The notes under the pieces were generated by a model, which had not been told where the DNA came from, searched no databases, and saw only the letters and a list, made by a program, of their open reading frames with translations. Below are positions 23,253 through 33,601 of a stretch of 64,000 nt of DNA, piece after piece; the first letter of the stretch is position 1; every line of letters starts with the position of its first letter. The translations under genes were made by a program, and so were the position numbers. The stretch comes from Alphaproteobacteria bacterium (lineage in GTDB: Bacteria > Pseudomonadota > Alphaproteobacteria > Rickettsiales > UBA998), in contig RDZH01000015.1 in NCBI GenBank assembly GCA_004293935.1, positions 6,999 to 70,998 of the forward strand. The letters run 5' to 3'.

Positions 23253-24174
23253 TACCTCAACTAAAGCGAAACCTAAGGCGAAAGCGAAAGCAAAACCAGC
23301 CGCGAAGCCTGCTTCTGCCCCAAAGAAAAGCAAAGCGCAGATGGTATCGGCAAGCAATGTCAATGTGGTGAGAGAGCGTGGGCGCAAAAAGCAACGCGAG
23401 AAACAACGCCGTATGATGCTGTATGGCATGATCGGTATGACCACAGTGATGGTGGGGTTGGGTGTAGTATTTGGCGTGCATCAAGATATTGTCGATTGGG
23501 GCTATAGGCAATGGGTGCGTGTAACCTATGATGCGGGCTATGAGTTTAGGGAATTAGTGGTTGAGGGGCGTAAGGTTACGCCTGCGGATGCGATTGTCTC
23601 AGCCGTGGGCATGGCTTCGGGTGATCCGTTATTTTTATATTCTTTGGATCATATACGTCAGCAGTTAGAAAAAATCCCGACAGTACGTCAAGCGCATGTG
23701 GGGCGTGATCTTTCGGGAACGATTACGGTGAATTTAATTGAGCGTCAACCCTATGTGTTGTGGCAACATGAAGGGCTAGTGCGTGTGATTGATGAAGATG
23801 GCGTAGTATTGGAGGGTGAACGCCCCGAAGATTATCCGCACATGATCACAGTGGTTGGCAGTGAAGCACCACAGCACATGCATGAATTAGTGCAATTATT
23901 CAAAGAAGATAAAGATTTAGCGCGCCGTATTGTTGCCTCTGTGTTGGTCAGTGATCGCCGTTGGGATATTCATTTTGATACGGGCATTCATGTGAAACTT
24001 CCCGAAGAACAACCCATACGTGCGTGGAAGAAAATGATCGACTTGCAAAAAACAGAAAATATCCTTTCAAAGCCGATTAAAGAGATTGATATGCGTGATC
24101 CTAATGCGCAATATCTATCCCTTCCTGATGATTTGGAAGCGGTTGAACGCGATGAACCTGATGGGGATGCTTAA
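23245..24174 (+). CDS. ftsQ: Cell division protein FtsQ
   Basis: Basic N-tail, single TM, POTRA-like region, RRWDI, IDMRDP; located between ddl and ftsA. Confidence 0.9.
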   Translation: MADTSTKAKPKAKAKAKPAAKPASAPKKSKAQMVSASNVNVVRERGRKKQREKQRRMMLYGMIGMTTVMVGLGVVFGVHQDIVDWGYRQWVRVTYDAGYEFRELVVEGRKVTPADAIVSAVGMASGDPLFLYSLDHIRQQLEKIPTVRQAHVGRDLSGTITVNLIERQPYVLWQHEGLVRVIDEDGVVLEGERPEDYPHMITVVGSEAPQHMHELVQLFKEDKDLARRIVASVLVSDRRWDIHFDTGIHVKLPEEQPIRAWKKMIDLQKTENILSKPIKEIDMRDPNAQYLSLPDDLEAVERDEPDGDA

Positions 24175-24183
24175 AGTCACGAT

Positions 24184-25464
24184 ATGATAGTTGAGCCTCA
24201 TCTTTCTTCTCATTTTTACGCATTGCGCGGTAGTAAACATAGTGTTGCAGTGCTTGATATTGGCAGCAATAAAATAGGATGCTTTATTGCTGAGCCTGAT
24301 GCACACGGGCAGATGCAGATTATTGGCATAGGGCATCATCATGCTAAGGGCTTGCGTGGTGGCATTGTCACAGACAGCAAAGAGGCGCAAGCATCCATTG
24401 CCCATGCGGTGAATGCTGCAGAAAAAATGGCAGGTGGCACGCTGGATCATGTGATTGCCAATGTTTCTTTTTCTGATCTTGCATCGCATAATGTGCATGT
24501 GGAATTGCCGATTGCGCATGGTGAAGTGACCGATCAGTCGATTGCAACGATCCTACGCACCGCGTGCCGTGAGTTAGCGCAACCGCATCGTCAAGTAGTG
24601 CATTGCATGGTGACGCAATATCAGTTGGATGGTGCGAAGGGCATACGTGATCCGCGACATATGTATGGTATGTTGTTGAAGGCTGATGTGCATGTACTCA
24701 CGGTTGATGAACGACGTTTGATGAATCTGATGCATTTAGTCTCACGGTGTCATTTAGATGTGGTGGACTGGGTGATTACCCCCTATGCTGCGGGGTTAGG
24801 ATGCTTAGAGACGGACGAACAAGAATTGGGTGTCACCGTGATTGATATGGGCGCATCGACCACTAGTGTCGCGATTTTTCAAGGGGGGTGTAATATCTTC
24901 TCTGCGATTGTGCCTGTTGGTGGCAAGCATGTGACCAATGATGTGGCGAAAGGTTTATCCACGAGCTTGCAGCACGCCGAACGCCTTAAAACGCTTTATG
25001 GGAGTGTTTTGGATTCGGAACAAGATGAACATATGATGGTGGATGTGATGCCACTGGGCGATGAAGATTCGGTGGAATATGCGCAAGTGCCACGCGCACA
25101 GCTTGTACGCATTATCCGCCCAAGGATCGAAGAGATTTTTGAATTGGTGCGGGATCACGTACAAAAGCAAGGCGTTGCCTCGATGATGGGGCGCACGATT
25201 GTTTTAACAGGTGGTGCATCGCAGCTTGTGGGAGTGCGTGAGTTGGCAACCACAATGTTTGCAAAACAAGTGCGTATGGGCAAGCCTAAATTATTTCCCG
25301 GCTTGGCGGAATCGGTAAGTTCTCCGAATTTTTCTGTTCCCATAGGGATGCTCTATTATGCTACGCAACATTCGTTTGAAGATGATTTATTGCGCAAACC
25401 TGCCCAAGGTGATGTATCATTTGGCATGGAGCGTTTGGTGCGTTGGTTTAAGGAACGGTTTTAA
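24184..25464 (+). CDS. ftsA: Cell division protein FtsA
   Basis: VLDIGSNKI, IDMGASTT, GGKHVTNDVA, AERLK, LTGGASQL, C-terminal amphipathic RWFKERF. Confidence 0.96.
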   Translation: MIVEPHLSSHFYALRGSKHSVAVLDIGSNKIGCFIAEPDAHGQMQIIGIGHHHAKGLRGGIVTDSKEAQASIAHAVNAAEKMAGGTLDHVIANVSFSDLASHNVHVELPIAHGEVTDQSIATILRTACRELAQPHRQVVHCMVTQYQLDGAKGIRDPRHMYGMLLKADVHVLTVDERRLMNLMHLVSRCHLDVVDWVITPYAAGLGCLETDEQELGVTVIDMGASTTSVAIFQGGCNIFSAIVPVGGKHVTNDVAKGLSTSLQHAERLKTLYGSVLDSEQDEHMMVDVMPLGDEDSVEYAQVPRAQLVRIIRPRIEEIFELVRDHVQKQGVASMMGRTIVLTGGASQLVGVRELATTMFAKQVRMGKPKLFPGLAESVSSPNFSVPIGMLYYATQHSFEDDLLRKPAQGDVSFGMERLVRWFKERF

Positions 25465-25497
25465 GTATAATTTTCATCACAAGCAAGGAGTAGTATC

Positions 25498-27018
25498 ATG
25501 ACACATTTTCATTATCATCCGCGTAGCGAATGGCAGCAACAAGCAACCCAAGAACGATCATTATGCGTGCTGTTTGTCACGAGTGATAAAGCACTAGGAA
25601 TAACCGCTAAAAGTTTGGATGTACAGATGGATGGGGCGTTGACGAAAGCGTTGCAAAGCCCGTATATGAAGGGCAAAGCGGGGCAATCAGTGACGGTGAT
25701 TCCTTCGCAAGGCGTGGCATGGTCATGGGTGGTTGTATGTGGGATGGGCGATGCCGCGTCGCGCACCTCTATGAGTTATGAACAAGCAGCAGGAGAAGCA
25801 GTCAAACGTGCCAATGAGTTGGGCGCGACCCATCTTACTGTTATGCTTGAAGAAGAAATGATCGTTGCGGAGTGCGCTCACGGAGTTGCAGAAGCGCATA
25901 TGATGCTGGGGGCGCGTCTTGGTGCGTATTATTTCGGCAAATATTTCACAACAAAAAAAGAGCATGAATTGCCGTGCGTGCAGCATGTGGTTATTTGCGG
26001 GGATGATGTGGCAGCACAGACGCACCATCCACGGTTGGAGGCATTGGCAGAGGGCATGATTGCCACACGTGATGTTGTGTCCGAGCCTGCTAATGTGCTG
26101 CACCCCCAATCCTTTGCACAAAAATGTGAGGATATGCGCGCTCTTGGTTTAGAGGTGCAAGTGCTTGGTGAAGATGAAATGCACGCTCTTGGTATGAATG
26201 CCTTGCTTGGTGTGGGGCAAGGTAGTGTGCGTGCATCGCAATTAGTGGTGCTGCGCTGGAATGGTGCAACAAAGAAAGATAGCGCACCGATTGCCTTTGT
26301 TGGAAAAGGCGTATGCTTTGATTCAGGGGGGATCAGTATTAAACCCGCTGCGGGCATGGAAGAAATGAAATGGGATATGGGCGGTGCTGGGGCAGTCTAT
26401 GGCGTGATGCGTACCCTAGCATTGCGTAAAGCCTGCGTTCATGCGGTAGGCATTTTGGGCTTAGTAGAAAATATGCCCGATGGGAATGCGCAACGCCCCG
26501 GTGATGTGGTGGTCTCTTATTCAGGGCAGACGATTGAGGTGAATAATACCGATGCTGAAGGGCGTTTAGTATTGGCGGATGCTTTGTGGTATGTGCAGGA
26601 AAAGTTCCGTCCCCATACGGTGATTGATCTAGCAACGCTCACAGGGGCGATCATCGTCTCGTTGGGCAAAAAATATGCGGGATTATTCTCAAATAATGAT
26701 GTGTTAGCGCAGCGCATTATGGGGCTTGGCGATGAAACGGGCGATGAAACATGGAGATTGCCTATGGGGGATTATTACGATAAGCAAATTAACTCCGATA
26801 TAGCCGATATGCAAAATGTGGGAACGGATAAAGAAGCAGGGAGCATCACGGCAGCACAATTTTTGCAACGCTTTATTCAAAAAGATGTCGCATGGGCGCA
26901 TGTGGATATTGCGGGTACTGCGTGGCGTAAAAAAGCCACGGCAACCAGCCCGAAAGGTGCAACAGCGTATGGGGTGCGCTTGCTGGATGCCCTAGTGGCG
27001 CGTTATTACGAAGTATAG
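25498..27018 (+). CDS. pepA: Leucyl aminopeptidase (M17)
   Basis: VGKGVCFDSGG, MKWDMGG, NTDAEGRL.LAD, DLATLTGA. Confidence 0.96.
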   Translation: MTHFHYHPRSEWQQQATQERSLCVLFVTSDKALGITAKSLDVQMDGALTKALQSPYMKGKAGQSVTVIPSQGVAWSWVVVCGMGDAASRTSMSYEQAAGEAVKRANELGATHLTVMLEEEMIVAECAHGVAEAHMMLGARLGAYYFGKYFTTKKEHELPCVQHVVICGDDVAAQTHHPRLEALAEGMIATRDVVSEPANVLHPQSFAQKCEDMRALGLEVQVLGEDEMHALGMNALLGVGQGSVRASQLVVLRWNGATKKDSAPIAFVGKGVCFDSGGISIKPAAGMEEMKWDMGGAGAVYGVMRTLALRKACVHAVGILGLVENMPDGNAQRPGDVVVSYSGQTIEVNNTDAEGRLVLADALWYVQEKFRPHTVIDLATLTGAIIVSLGKKYAGLFSNNDVLAQRIMGLGDETGDETWRLPMGDYYDKQINSDIADMQNVGTDKEAGSITAAQFLQRFIQKDVAWAHVDIAGTAWRKKATATSPKGATAYGVRLLDALVARYYEV

Positions 27019-27022
27019 TGAC

Positions 27023-28420
27023 ATGGCACTGAAACGTGTTCCCTTACGCACCATCATCAAAGTGGTAGGGATAGCAACCCTGCCATCTTTGGTGGTGTTA
27101 TCGCTCTTTGCGGTCAATGAGCGTTTGAGCATTCATTCTTTTTTGTTTGGGTATATTGCGGTGTGGGTCGGAACATGGATGGTGGTTGTACCATTGCTGA
27201 TGAATTTGCGCGCCCTTACCGAATATATTTTCGATCTCTCGGAGGATAAAAAAACGCTCGTTCCTGAATTGAATGTATTGAAAACCATTTTCAATATACC
27301 CGAAGCATTATTACGGCTACGGGCGGTGTGGGATCATAAAGCCATGGATATGCAAATGGTTATCCGTGAGGGCGAGGTGATTGTGGATACCTTACCAGAT
27401 ATTCTTTTGATGCTTAATGATCGGTTGCATATTGTCCGTACCAACCGCGCTGCACGTACCGTATTTGGGCAGAATCTTGCGAAAAAGAAGATTGAATCGG
27501 TGATACCAAGCCGTTTATTATTAGATGCAGTGGTGGCGGTGAATGAAGATTTTCGTGGTCGTGAGGTGGAATTTCGGCTGGAAGAACCAGTGGTGCGCGA
27601 TTTTCTTGCGGTGATTGAACGGCTTTCGGCATCGGATAAAGGGGGAGTGAGTTTGGTCATTACCATGAATGACATCACGGAACTAAAGAGCGTGGAGCAA
27701 ATGCGCGCAGATTTTGTTGCCAATGCTAGCCATGAAATACGCACCCCGCTTGCGAGTATTTCGGGGTTGATTGAAACAATACGAGGTCCTGCACGCGATG
27801 ATGATAAAGCCATTGATGAATTTCTTGAGATCATGGCAGAACAAGCGGAGCGGATGCGTCAACTGATCAATGATCTCTTGTCGCTTTCCAAAATTGAAAT
27901 GAATGCCCACACGCCTCCGATTGATCGGGTGGATTTTGTGAAAGTGGTGCAACGTGAAATAAAAATGTTTGATTTGATTGCGCGTGAGAAAAAAGTGCAT
28001 ATTGTCTTGGATGTCCCCGATGATGTGCCAGATGTGATTGGGGAGCGCAATGAGTTAGCGCAAGTGGTGCATAATTTGGTTGGCAATGCGCTCAAATATG
28101 GCAGTGCGAACAGCGAAGTGTTAATTACGGTACGGGTGACAACGGAGCTTCCGCCTGATATAGTGGTGCGGTCTCATACGCGGATGCTACTTTTTTCCGT
28201 GCGTGATGAAGGTGAGGGGATCGCAAAAGAGCATCTTGCGCGGTTGACGGAGCGTTTTTATCGTGTGGATTCAGCGCGCACTCGTCAAGTGGGAGGGACA
28301 GGGCTTGGGCTTGCCATTGTTAAAGGCATCCTAACACGTCATAAGGGGGTGATTTCTATTACATCCACTGTTGGTAAAGGCTCGGTGTTCTCAGTCTATG
28401 TACCGCTCTATGATGCGTGA
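27023..28420 (+). CDS. phoR: PhoR-like sensor histidine kinase (2 TM, PAS, HisKA, HATPase)
   Basis: RADFVANASHEIRTPL, NLVGNALKY, EHLARLTERFYRVDSAR..GGTGLGLAIVK. Confidence 0.8.
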   Translation: MALKRVPLRTIIKVVGIATLPSLVVLSLFAVNERLSIHSFLFGYIAVWVGTWMVVVPLLMNLRALTEYIFDLSEDKKTLVPELNVLKTIFNIPEALLRLRAVWDHKAMDMQMVIREGEVIVDTLPDILLMLNDRLHIVRTNRAARTVFGQNLAKKKIESVIPSRLLLDAVVAVNEDFRGREVEFRLEEPVVRDFLAVIERLSASDKGGVSLVITMNDITELKSVEQMRADFVANASHEIRTPLASISGLIETIRGPARDDDKAIDEFLEIMAEQAERMRQLINDLLSLSKIEMNAHTPPIDRVDFVKVVQREIKMFDLIAREKKVHIVLDVPDDVPDVIGERNELAQVVHNLVGNALKYGSANSEVLITVRVTTELPPDIVVRSHTRMLLFSVRDEGEGIAKEHLARLTERFYRVDSARTRQVGGTGLGLAIVKGILTRHKGVISITSTVGKGSVFSVYVPLYDA

Positions 28421-28453
28421 AATAATGATTGACAGGGGTTGCCTATTTTAATT

Positions 28454-28513
28454 GTCATGCTTGGCGTAAGGCAGACATCCAGCTTTCTAGATTCCCGCCT
28501 TCGCGGGAATGAC
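28454..28513. repeat. RPE/REP-like palindromic element, copy 3 (degenerate)
   Basis: GTCATGCTTGGCGTAAGGCAGACATCCAG..CTAGATTCCCGCCTTCGCGGGAATGAC. Confidence 0.85.
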
Positions 28514-28524
28514 GACACAACAAC

Positions 28525-28584
28525 ATGAATCTTTTGTGAAGGTGAGCTATTATGCTTTACATGGTATGCTTAAGTCGCTAGAAT
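28525..28584 (+). promoter_or_regulatory. Sigma70-like promoter of orphan operon, with upstream 11-bp periodic repeat
   Basis: TTTACA(28556)-17 bp-TAGAAT(28579); ATGAA(28525)/GTGAA(28536) read TTCAC-N6-TTCAT on the minus strand. Confidence 0.5.
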
Positions 28585-28613
28585 ATAATGTAGTTATACA
28601 TTGAGGAAATATC

Positions 28614-29549
28614 GTGGTAGCAACGCCAGAACAGGATGAAGCTTTAAAAAAGTTTGTTGCTTTGATGGGAAAAGTGATTGATGCGATCAAGAATTCTGAC
28701 CGTGATGAGCTAAAAATATTACTGGACAAACCTTATCATGATCTTGTGAAACAGTTGCCTGAGAAATCGAAAGCAGCGGCAGGGGTGTTTGTTTCAAAAA
28801 TTAATAAAGAATTCGAAGATTCTCGTGTGCAATTTTGGGGAGCGAAAAAAGGTGTTTTTGATAAATTGGCTTTGCATGTTGGTGATTTAAGCCCTCCAGA
28901 TTTAACAAAAAGCATATTAAGTGGTAGCGGATATTCTTCAGTAAATCAGACTCCTCTAGATGATAAAGTTAGTTCAGCCTTACACCAGTTAAAAAACGTT
29001 ATCCACGTCAAAGCACATAACGCAATCAAAGAACTACAACAATCCTTCAACAATGGACAAGCCAACGACTTCAATGAACTAGGTGCGTTTGGCTATGAAG
29101 CAGACATTATCGGCAAGCGTTGGAGTGGGCAAGCAGACCCTCAAACAACGGTTCATGAATTGCTGCATCAAGGGCGTGGTTTGCAAGATTTTGGGAAGAT
29201 TGTCCATCTCGATACCGCACTCAAAAAAACAGGGGCGATTTTAGCAAGCGTCTCGTGCGTGGGCGTGATGCTGCATGGCGTGCATAATGTGCATCGCGCT
29301 TTTAATCCTGAACAAGATAAACAGCTTGAGGTAGAAGAAATAGGGCATCATGCCCCGCAAGAAGGCGTAAATTTTTTACGTTTAGCCGTGGGTGTTGGTG
29401 AGTTGGGTGTCGGCGCGGCGTTGCTGTACCGTATGGTCACAGGGCGGCATATCAACCAGTGTGGGCAGAAACTTTTTGCGGATGATGAGATGATCAAGAA
29501 CATGATCGGAGGATGCGGTCATGATCACAGTCATGGGCATGGGAAGTGA
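28614..29549 (+). CDS. Orphan protein, two hydrophobic segments, C-terminal CGHDHSHGHGK
   Basis: 311-aa ORF with GAGG RBS and GTG start; no known motif recognised. Confidence 0.75.
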   Translation: MVATPEQDEALKKFVALMGKVIDAIKNSDRDELKILLDKPYHDLVKQLPEKSKAAAGVFVSKINKEFEDSRVQFWGAKKGVFDKLALHVGDLSPPDLTKSILSGSGYSSVNQTPLDDKVSSALHQLKNVIHVKAHNAIKELQQSFNNGQANDFNELGAFGYEADIIGKRWSGQADPQTTVHELLHQGRGLQDFGKIVHLDTALKKTGAILASVSCVGVMLHGVHNVHRAFNPEQDKQLEVEEIGHHAPQEGVNFLRLAVGVGELGVGAALLYRMVTGRHINQCGQKLFADDEMIKNMIGGCGHDHSHGHGK

Positions 29550-30472
29550 GAGATTCCATGAATGATGAAACCACCTCCAGCGATGAAGCGCACCGCAACG
29601 CGATAGAGCGCGGGGAGGATGTCGTTTATGTATTGAACCATGCCGCTGCTTGCACCTTTTTGGATTTTTTTAATACGTTTGTGGAATATGCGACTAAACG
29701 CTTTTTAGGGGCAAAGTTAAGCATTAGTCATTGCGCTGCGTGCGAGGCAGGGGTTGAACATGGTAGTGTCCATGCACAGCAACTCAATGGTGAGAAAATC
29801 AAAGCCTTTGGTTGGGATATTGGACGATGGGTTGTGTGTGAGCAAATTGGTGATTGGATGGGAGCTATCCCTACCTTGCTGATGCAACGTCATACGCCTA
29901 TGATTATGGATGGCATTGGGCAGGCATGTACCTATGTTGTGGGGGATTTGTTCTATGCAGGCGCACAAAAAGATGCGAGCATATGGGGCGAAAAGCATGG
30001 CTTCACGCAGGATGCAGAAGAAGTAAAAAATCGTCAGAGAGAAATTTACACGCATGAAATCAAGCATGTTGCCCAAGCAGTCGTCTGGACAGGATGGTCA
30101 ACCGCTATAACGCTCGGATCGTTGCGCTTGCTAAAGGATGAAACACCGATCATGGTGAATGCTGCCGCGAAAGTCGCAGGGATGGCAACAAGCCTTGTGG
30201 GAGTTTTAGGGACACGCGCTTTTAACCCTGAAGCAGCACGCAACTGGGATCGATGGGGAAGTGAGCATATTGCTGAACCTGCAACGCGTATACTTAGTAG
30301 CCTATTCGGCATTAAAAACGATACGGTTGAGCATGTATTTGCAGAACAAAAAAACTACCGTGAAGGATCACGTTGGTTGCATACAGAAAAACCGCCATCA
30401 TCATGGACAAAGCGCATCCATGATGAGCAAGCGACCACAGAGCAATCACGTAGCCCCACCATGCTGAAGTAA
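29546..30472 (+). CDS. Orphan membrane-associated protein with Cys/His cluster
   Basis: 308-aa ORF, GTGA overlap with upstream gene (alternative ATG 29558); NHAAAC and HCAACEAGVEH; tail KPPSSWTKRI. Confidence 0.75.
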   Translation: MRDSMNDETTSSDEAHRNAIERGEDVVYVLNHAAACTFLDFFNTFVEYATKRFLGAKLSISHCAACEAGVEHGSVHAQQLNGEKIKAFGWDIGRWVVCEQIGDWMGAIPTLLMQRHTPMIMDGIGQACTYVVGDLFYAGAQKDASIWGEKHGFTQDAEEVKNRQREIYTHEIKHVAQAVVWTGWSTAITLGSLRLLKDETPIMVNAAAKVAGMATSLVGVLGTRAFNPEAARNWDRWGSEHIAEPATRILSSLFGIKNDTVEHVFAEQKNYREGSRWLHTEKPPSSWTKRIHDEQATTEQSRSPTMLK

Positions 30473-33463
30473 GTGCAGATTCCCGCCAATGGCTGCACTA
30501 TTGATGGTGACAACACGTTCATGCACAAAGCGCATCAGATAGTTCGGACCACCCGCTTTAGGACCTGTTCCTGATAATCCTTCCCCACCAAAGGGTTGCA
30601 CGCCCACTACCGCACCAATCATGCTACGATTGACATAGTAATTACCCACATGGACATGCTGAAGCAAAAATTGGATGTTGTTCTCAATACGGCTATGCAC
30701 GCCAAAGGTGAGACCATATCCAGCACGGTTGATGGCTTGTGCCACTTCTGCTAATGCGCCCGCCTTAAAACGAATCACATGTAGGATAGGACCAAAGATT
30801 TCTTGTTTTAGCACATCGATGGAGGTTATTTCAAAGACATGCGGTGCAATGCATAGTGGGTGCGATGAAGTGAGGGGTGCTGCTGCGCGCAAGATGCCTT
30901 GTGAACGCATCATATTAATATGATCATGCAGCATTTTGTAGGCGGAGGCATCAATGACAGGACCAATATCGGTTTCGCATAGGGCAGGATTGCCAATGAT
31001 TAGGCTATGCATCGCGCCTTCAAGGAGCGTTAAGAATGCATCGGCAATATCTTCTTGAATATAGAGGACGCGCAATGCGGAGCAACGTTGCCCAGCACTA
31101 CCAAAGGCAGAAAGCATAACATCATCCACAGCCGTTTCAAGCAAAGCAGAGCTATCGATGACCATGCAATTCATGCCGCCCGTTTCTGCAATGAGGGGTA
31201 TGATTGCCCCTTTGCGGTGTGCGAGGGTACGTTGAATGATTTTAGCCACATCCACCGATCCTGTAAAGACCATTGCAGCGATGCGTTCATCTTCGGTGAT
31301 GGCAGCACCCACAATCTCCCCTTCGCCGAACGCCAGTTGCAGGATAGCTTGTGGGATTCCTGCATGATGCATGAGTTGCGCTGCCAACATAGCGATGCGT
31401 GGAGTTTGTTCCGCAGGTTTGGCAATGACGGCATTCCCACTCACCAAGGCAGCAACAATTTGCCCTGTGAAAATAGCTAAGGGGAAGTTCCACGGGCTGA
31501 TGCACCCAACGACACCACGCGGATGATAATGTAGTTCATTGCTCTCACCAGTAGGACCATGGAGGGTGACATGTGCAAGAGTTCGGCGTGCTTCATGGGC
31601 ATAATAGATGCAAAAATCAATCGCCTCGCGTAGTTCCGCTACCGCATCTATAAGGGTTTTTCCTGCTTCATGTACCAAAAGTGCAAGCAACTGATCGCGC
31701 TCTTGTTCATAGAGATCGGCAATTTTTTCAAGGATGAGGGCGCGCTGTTCGCAATCGGTTGCGCCCCATGCGGGATAGGCTTCATAAGCCGTCGCAATCA
31801 TGTGTGCCACATCGTCGCGTGCATGATCTTTGGGAGCAGGGGGCAGTGTGTGATGCTGCTCAAGCGCACGCTGCATGGCATTGAGTGCGACATGATAGCC
31901 TAAATCCACCCCTTTTGAGTTACGGCGATCGGGGTAGAGATCGCAGGGCAAGGCAAGGGCAAGCGGGCGATCTAAGCCTGATTCGCTGATGCGTATAGGA
32001 TCGGCTAATAGTTCTTCCATGCTCACATTGGCATCCATCAATAGATGCACAAAGGAGCTATTCGCACCATTTTCAAGCAAGCGACGGATGAGATAAGCAA
32101 GCAAATCCTTATGCTCGCCAATGGGCGCATAGATGCGTGACGCATAAGTGGGGCGTATGTGATCATGCAAGGCTTCCCCCATGCCGTGCAATCTTTGAAA
32201 CTCATAAGCTTCAGGTGCAATACGATATTGCTCCGCTAAGGTTTGGATAGTGGCAATAGTGCGGGCATTATGCGTTGCAAATTGCGGATAGAAATATTGG
32301 GTTTTTTGTAAGATTTTATCTGCACACGCAAGGTAGGATACATCCGTATGTTCTTTGCGCGTAAAGACAGGGTAGCCATCCAATCCTTGGATTTGCGCGC
32401 TTTTGATTTCACTATCCCAATAAGCACCTTTCACCAGACGTAAGGGAATGATGCGTTGATAGGTTTGCGCTAAATGGGCAAGCATATCAATCACATGGAC
32501 GGCACGTTTTTGATAGGCTTGCAGCACAAAGCCAATGCCATTCCATCCAGCAAAAGTTGGGTCTGCTAGCAATGCTTCAAAGATTTCCATTTCAATTTCT
32601 AGGCGGTTGGCTTCTTCTGCATCAATCGAAACGCAGATACGTTGCTGTTGCGCGATGGTAATGATTTCTTTAATGCGTGGCACGAGTTCTTCATGCATTT
32701 GCTGGCGTTTGATCATCTGATAACGTGGATGTAACGCGGATAGTTTGATAGAAATGCTTGGGGCTTCAAAAAGAGAATCATGGGTATTATGGTTGCCAAT
32801 GCGCACAATCGCATCACGATAAGCTGCAAGATATGCTTGCGCTTGCGCATCGCTACGCGCACCTTCTCCTAAAATATCAAAGGAAAAACGGTAGCCTTTT
32901 TTGTGCCACGGGCGTGCATTATTCAAACCATCGTCAATATGTTCTCCTAGAACAAACTGATTGCCAATCACGCGCATGGCTTTTTTCAATGCTTCGCGGA
33001 TAACGGGTTCACCTACCCGTGTCACCATACGCTTGATAATGCCACCAAAGCCACGTTCTTCTTGCTCTAAATCGATGACCTTGCCTGTGAGTAATAATCC
33101 CCAACTGGATGCTGCGATGGTCCATGATTCATTGCCTGTAATATATTGTCGCCAATTTTTATCATCAAAAGTAAGCTGGATCAGTTGGTTGGCGGTATGG
33201 CTATCGGGAATACGCAAGAGTGCTTCTGCAAGGCACATCAGCGCGACTCCTTCTTTGGTATCTAAGCCATAGGTCTGCAAAAAGGCTTCCATACCATGCC
33301 CTATCCCTTGAGCGCGAATTGCCTCCACCCAGCGTGTTGCCCGTGTGATGATCTCCGTCTCATGCGGTTTAAGATGCGCGAGCAACCCACAATAATGCTG
33401 GATGATGGTGCGTTCATCATCAAAAGCGTGGTAACTAAGAGAGAGAAGATCAAGATGTGTCAT
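30446..33463 (-). CDS. putA: Bifunctional proline dehydrogenase / P5C dehydrogenase
   Basis: LMCLAEALLRIPD, SIKLSALHPR, RLVKGAYWDSEIK, RRLLENGANSSF, ISPWNFPLAIF, SAGQRCSALR. Confidence 0.97.
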   Translation of the reverse strand: MTHLDLLSLSYHAFDDERTIIQHYCGLLAHLKPHETEIITRATRWVEAIRAQGIGHGMEAFLQTYGLDTKEGVALMCLAEALLRIPDSHTANQLIQLTFDDKNWRQYITGNESWTIAASSWGLLLTGKVIDLEQEERGFGGIIKRMVTRVGEPVIREALKKAMRVIGNQFVLGEHIDDGLNNARPWHKKGYRFSFDILGEGARSDAQAQAYLAAYRDAIVRIGNHNTHDSLFEAPSISIKLSALHPRYQMIKRQQMHEELVPRIKEIITIAQQQRICVSIDAEEANRLEIEMEIFEALLADPTFAGWNGIGFVLQAYQKRAVHVIDMLAHLAQTYQRIIPLRLVKGAYWDSEIKSAQIQGLDGYPVFTRKEHTDVSYLACADKILQKTQYFYPQFATHNARTIATIQTLAEQYRIAPEAYEFQRLHGMGEALHDHIRPTYASRIYAPIGEHKDLLAYLIRRLLENGANSSFVHLLMDANVSMEELLADPIRISESGLDRPLALALPCDLYPDRRNSKGVDLGYHVALNAMQRALEQHHTLPPAPKDHARDDVAHMIATAYEAYPAWGATDCEQRALILEKIADLYEQERDQLLALLVHEAGKTLIDAVAELREAIDFCIYYAHEARRTLAHVTLHGPTGESNELHYHPRGVVGCISPWNFPLAIFTGQIVAALVSGNAVIAKPAEQTPRIAMLAAQLMHHAGIPQAILQLAFGEGEIVGAAITEDERIAAMVFTGSVDVAKIIQRTLAHRKGAIIPLIAETGGMNCMVIDSSALLETAVDDVMLSAFGSAGQRCSALRVLYIQEDIADAFLTLLEGAMHSLIIGNPALCETDIGPVIDASAYKMLHDHINMMRSQGILRAAAPLTSSHPLCIAPHVFEITSIDVLKQEIFGPILHVIRFKAGALAEVAQAINRAGYGLTFGVHSRIENNIQFLLQHVHVGNYYVNRSMIGAVVGVQPFGGEGLSGTGPKAGGPNYLMRFVHERVVTINSAAIGGNLHLLQHGGAT

Positions 33464-33601
33464 AGATTGGATATAACACACGGCAGATGCTTAGACAAAT
33501 GCTATTTTTTCCGCAATGCACTATAAATCATAGTGTTTTATACTCATCGTTTCCACATTTTGATGCTACGCATCGTGCGTGGGCGATGAGTATAGAAAAA
33601 A

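Noticed and set aside
23257-23340. AKP/KAK repeats at the FtsQ N-terminus
   Set aside because: Ordinary low-complexity cytoplasmic tail.
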